Source of the DNA: Neoechinorhynchus agilis
Taxonomy: Eukaryota > Animalia > Acanthocephala
DNA length: 64,000 nt
NCBI GenBank assembly: GCA_051530055.1
Contig: CM121342.1
Location: 13,097,480-13,161,479, forward strand
Direction of reading: 5' to 3'
A model generated the notes under the pieces. The model saw only the letters and a program-made list of their open reading frames with translations. It did no database searches and was not told the DNA's origin. The position numbers and the translations under genes are program-made. This document shows positions 61,599 through 64,000 of the stretch, piece after piece; the first letter of the stretch is position 1; every line of letters starts with the position of its first letter.

Positions 61599-63869
61599 TT
61601 ACAAGACAACTTGATCCTTGCAACTTTTTGTCAACTCTTTATGTGGCAAAGCAATCACGTTCCGCACGATTAACTCATCTAATACTCGTACTCCCGATCC
61701 TGCCAGAAAAAACATGGATGATTATAGGCCTTTTATAACTTACCTAAGACGTTTATTGATTGCGATGCGAGGCGGTATCCGAGTCGATCCTCTCCTTCGC
61801 TTATACTGTTCGACGGACTCAATAGGCCTTCAACGCGAGCCCATTTGCCAACGCATACATTGAAGCTCAAAATACTGTTCAAAACACAACTGTTCTTCTG
61901 CTTTGCGAAGCAAAAAAATGGATTTTCTCGGTCTATCACTCACGTACCTTCAAAACGCAATTGTCCAAAATGATTGCTTGTCGTACACGAACACCCGATT
62001 CAATTACGACGTTCTTGCCAATGCACACATTTGGACCGAGCTAAAGATCAACCAATGAAACATAAATATCCGTAAACAAAACTCACAACAGCAGTTTCGT
62101 GAACTTTTGCTGATGGATCAATAAGTACACTTCCAATTATATGAAAGCCGTCCGGGGAAGCTAAGAGTTTCGATTTACTCGTGTTCTCGTACATTTGTAG
62201 GTAGTGGTGATTGGCAATTAAAATTGAGCTAAAAATCGTGGATTTTGTGAGCTTCTAAAGGCTTCAAAATAATCATATTCGCTAAGTAGTCAAGATTTAT
62301 AGATGTCACCTTGCCGCTTGAATTAATTTAAGAACTCCAATGTGAGATACGAATGTTCTAGCTTCTACAAAAACGAATCTGGAGTGCAGCACCAAAGATT
62401 AGTTTCGTCTTATCGTTCCGAATTCTGATTTTCAAATTCGGAAATTCGCATTTTTTGTGAATCGTCATCGAAGAGAATGTTAAACACAATAAGGAGTTCA
62501 CTTAAAAATTAGTGCTAGTTTTTCTGTGGATTATGCTCGGTCGCGAAAATATCATACATTTCTTCGGTTCGCTGTAATAGTGTTCCCAAACTACAGAAAA
62601 GCATTCAGATAAATAAACTAAAGTCGTTTCTATCAAAACGACATCGATGATCATATCAAATTGAAAACGGAGAACATTCGTAACCATAAAGATTCGGTTC
62701 TGTTGATGCGACCGTTATTGAAGCTTAATCTCCGTTCGTTTTATCAGATGAGTTCAGAGGCTAAAAACAGTAGGTTTCCAAATCTAACGCAATAGTTGTT
62801 GTTTTTAGGTGAGTCACAACAATTTTTAGAGAATTTGTAAGCGTAATTTCTATAGCTGAACATTAATACTATGAGGCATTTCTTAGAGTTTTGTGATCAA
62901 CAGATTTAACCTTTCCCTGTATAACCGAACGACTAACCTTGGCATTTTTATCGCTCCCCAATATTTTTGGCTTTGGAAAGCTTTAAGCTGCCCCTTAGCT
63001 ACAAGTATAGGCAGAACATCCTTTTCCATTTCCATCGAATCGATCGGATCATTGGTTTCAAAATCCGTCGAAGCGAGCTTATTTTTCAATGCTTCAGCCA
63101 ACACGGCCAATAGTTTTCGCCTATTGAACACATAAACACCGCAACTAATTACAGTCGAAATAAAACTCATAGGCTTCTCCACATAATGTTTAACCGTCAA
63201 TCCATCTTTCTCGTCAATTACAACACATCCATATTGAAGGCTCTCTTCCTCAGATACCTGAACAATGTGATTTCTAAGCGATGAAATTCTTTTCACAAGC
63301 GTTTAGTTTCACCTCAGTCGTTAAAATGACATTATCATTTCCAGTTGTTCGGTAGACATCAAAGAGCTGTTCAATCGCCAAATCCCCGCAAATGTCACCG
63401 TTCGTAAAGAAAATAACGTCTGGATCGCCATATGTAAGACGATCTCGGAAATGGTATAATCCTCCGGCGGTACCGAGTGCCGTGTATTCACACAAGTACC
63501 TAAATAGATGCTTAAATCAAAAGATGCAAAAAAAGAGAACCTTATGGGGATGGAGAACTCACGACCTAGCCCATCAATATATTTCGCGAGATCGTCTTTT
63601 GTACCGAACGATCCAATCACGTTGACGGATTTAAGGCACGGAACCTAAAAAATTCATAAAAACCTAAAAAAAACTCGCGTACTCGCCTTCAAACAGCAAG
63701 CTTCAACAAGGTGGTGAACAATGGGAAATCCAGCCACAGGAAATAGGGGTTTCGCAACATCTAAAGACAACGGACGGAATCGCGTGCCTAAATAGCTGTT
63801 AAATCTCAAGATGAGCGACAGGTAAAGACCTTTTTGTGGACCGCCAACGATTATAACAGCTTCAGTCAT
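61599..63869 (-). CDS. GMPPA: Mannose-1-phosphate guanyltransferase alpha (multi-exon)
   Basis: [56 protein letters not shown] hexapeptide repeats, LPHKEL...QVVL* (stop at 61599-61601). Confidence 0.92.
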
Positions 63870-64000
63870 TTAGTCACTGATTAAAATCGTTTATCTATCT
63901 AAAAGGAGTTTTGGAACACCTACTAAATACTCCAAAAGCGTTTCTATTTATGGCTTTATTTTAAATTTCACCGTGGCATTACCGACTTTGGATTTTAAAC

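Overview
Eukaryotic, gene-dense window from a fast-evolving invertebrate, probably a protostome (species not identifiable from sequence alone), with short GT-AG introns. Supported genes: TAF4-like, YJU2, a C/EBP-like bZIP fragment, MOCS3/UBA4, MGAT2, a kettin/sallimus-like giant Ig-repeat gene of at least 16.5 kb, two tandem PDH E1-alpha genes, an orphan histone H2B, LITAF, GPAA1, linked TFIIA-L-like and TFIIA-gamma-like genes, a nonsense-disrupted C1GALT1-like gene, a two-domain small heat-shock protein and GMPPA. Mobile DNA: a decayed APE-type LINE, a decayed CRE-clade (RLE) retroelement plus five 3' tail fragments, a Tigger deletion derivative and a Helitron/PIF1 fragment. The main signal not shown by the ORF track is a dispersed set of hammerhead ribozyme (HHR) cores. 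Most are minimal type-I cores with a palindromic stem III and covarying stems, and they often sit in head-to-head fold-back repeats. One tRNA-headed element (36005-36183, minus strand), flanked by 150-bp direct repeats, has a perfect HHR core whose three strands occur in an order matching none of the three known circular permutations. All structures were folded by eye and none has been tested.
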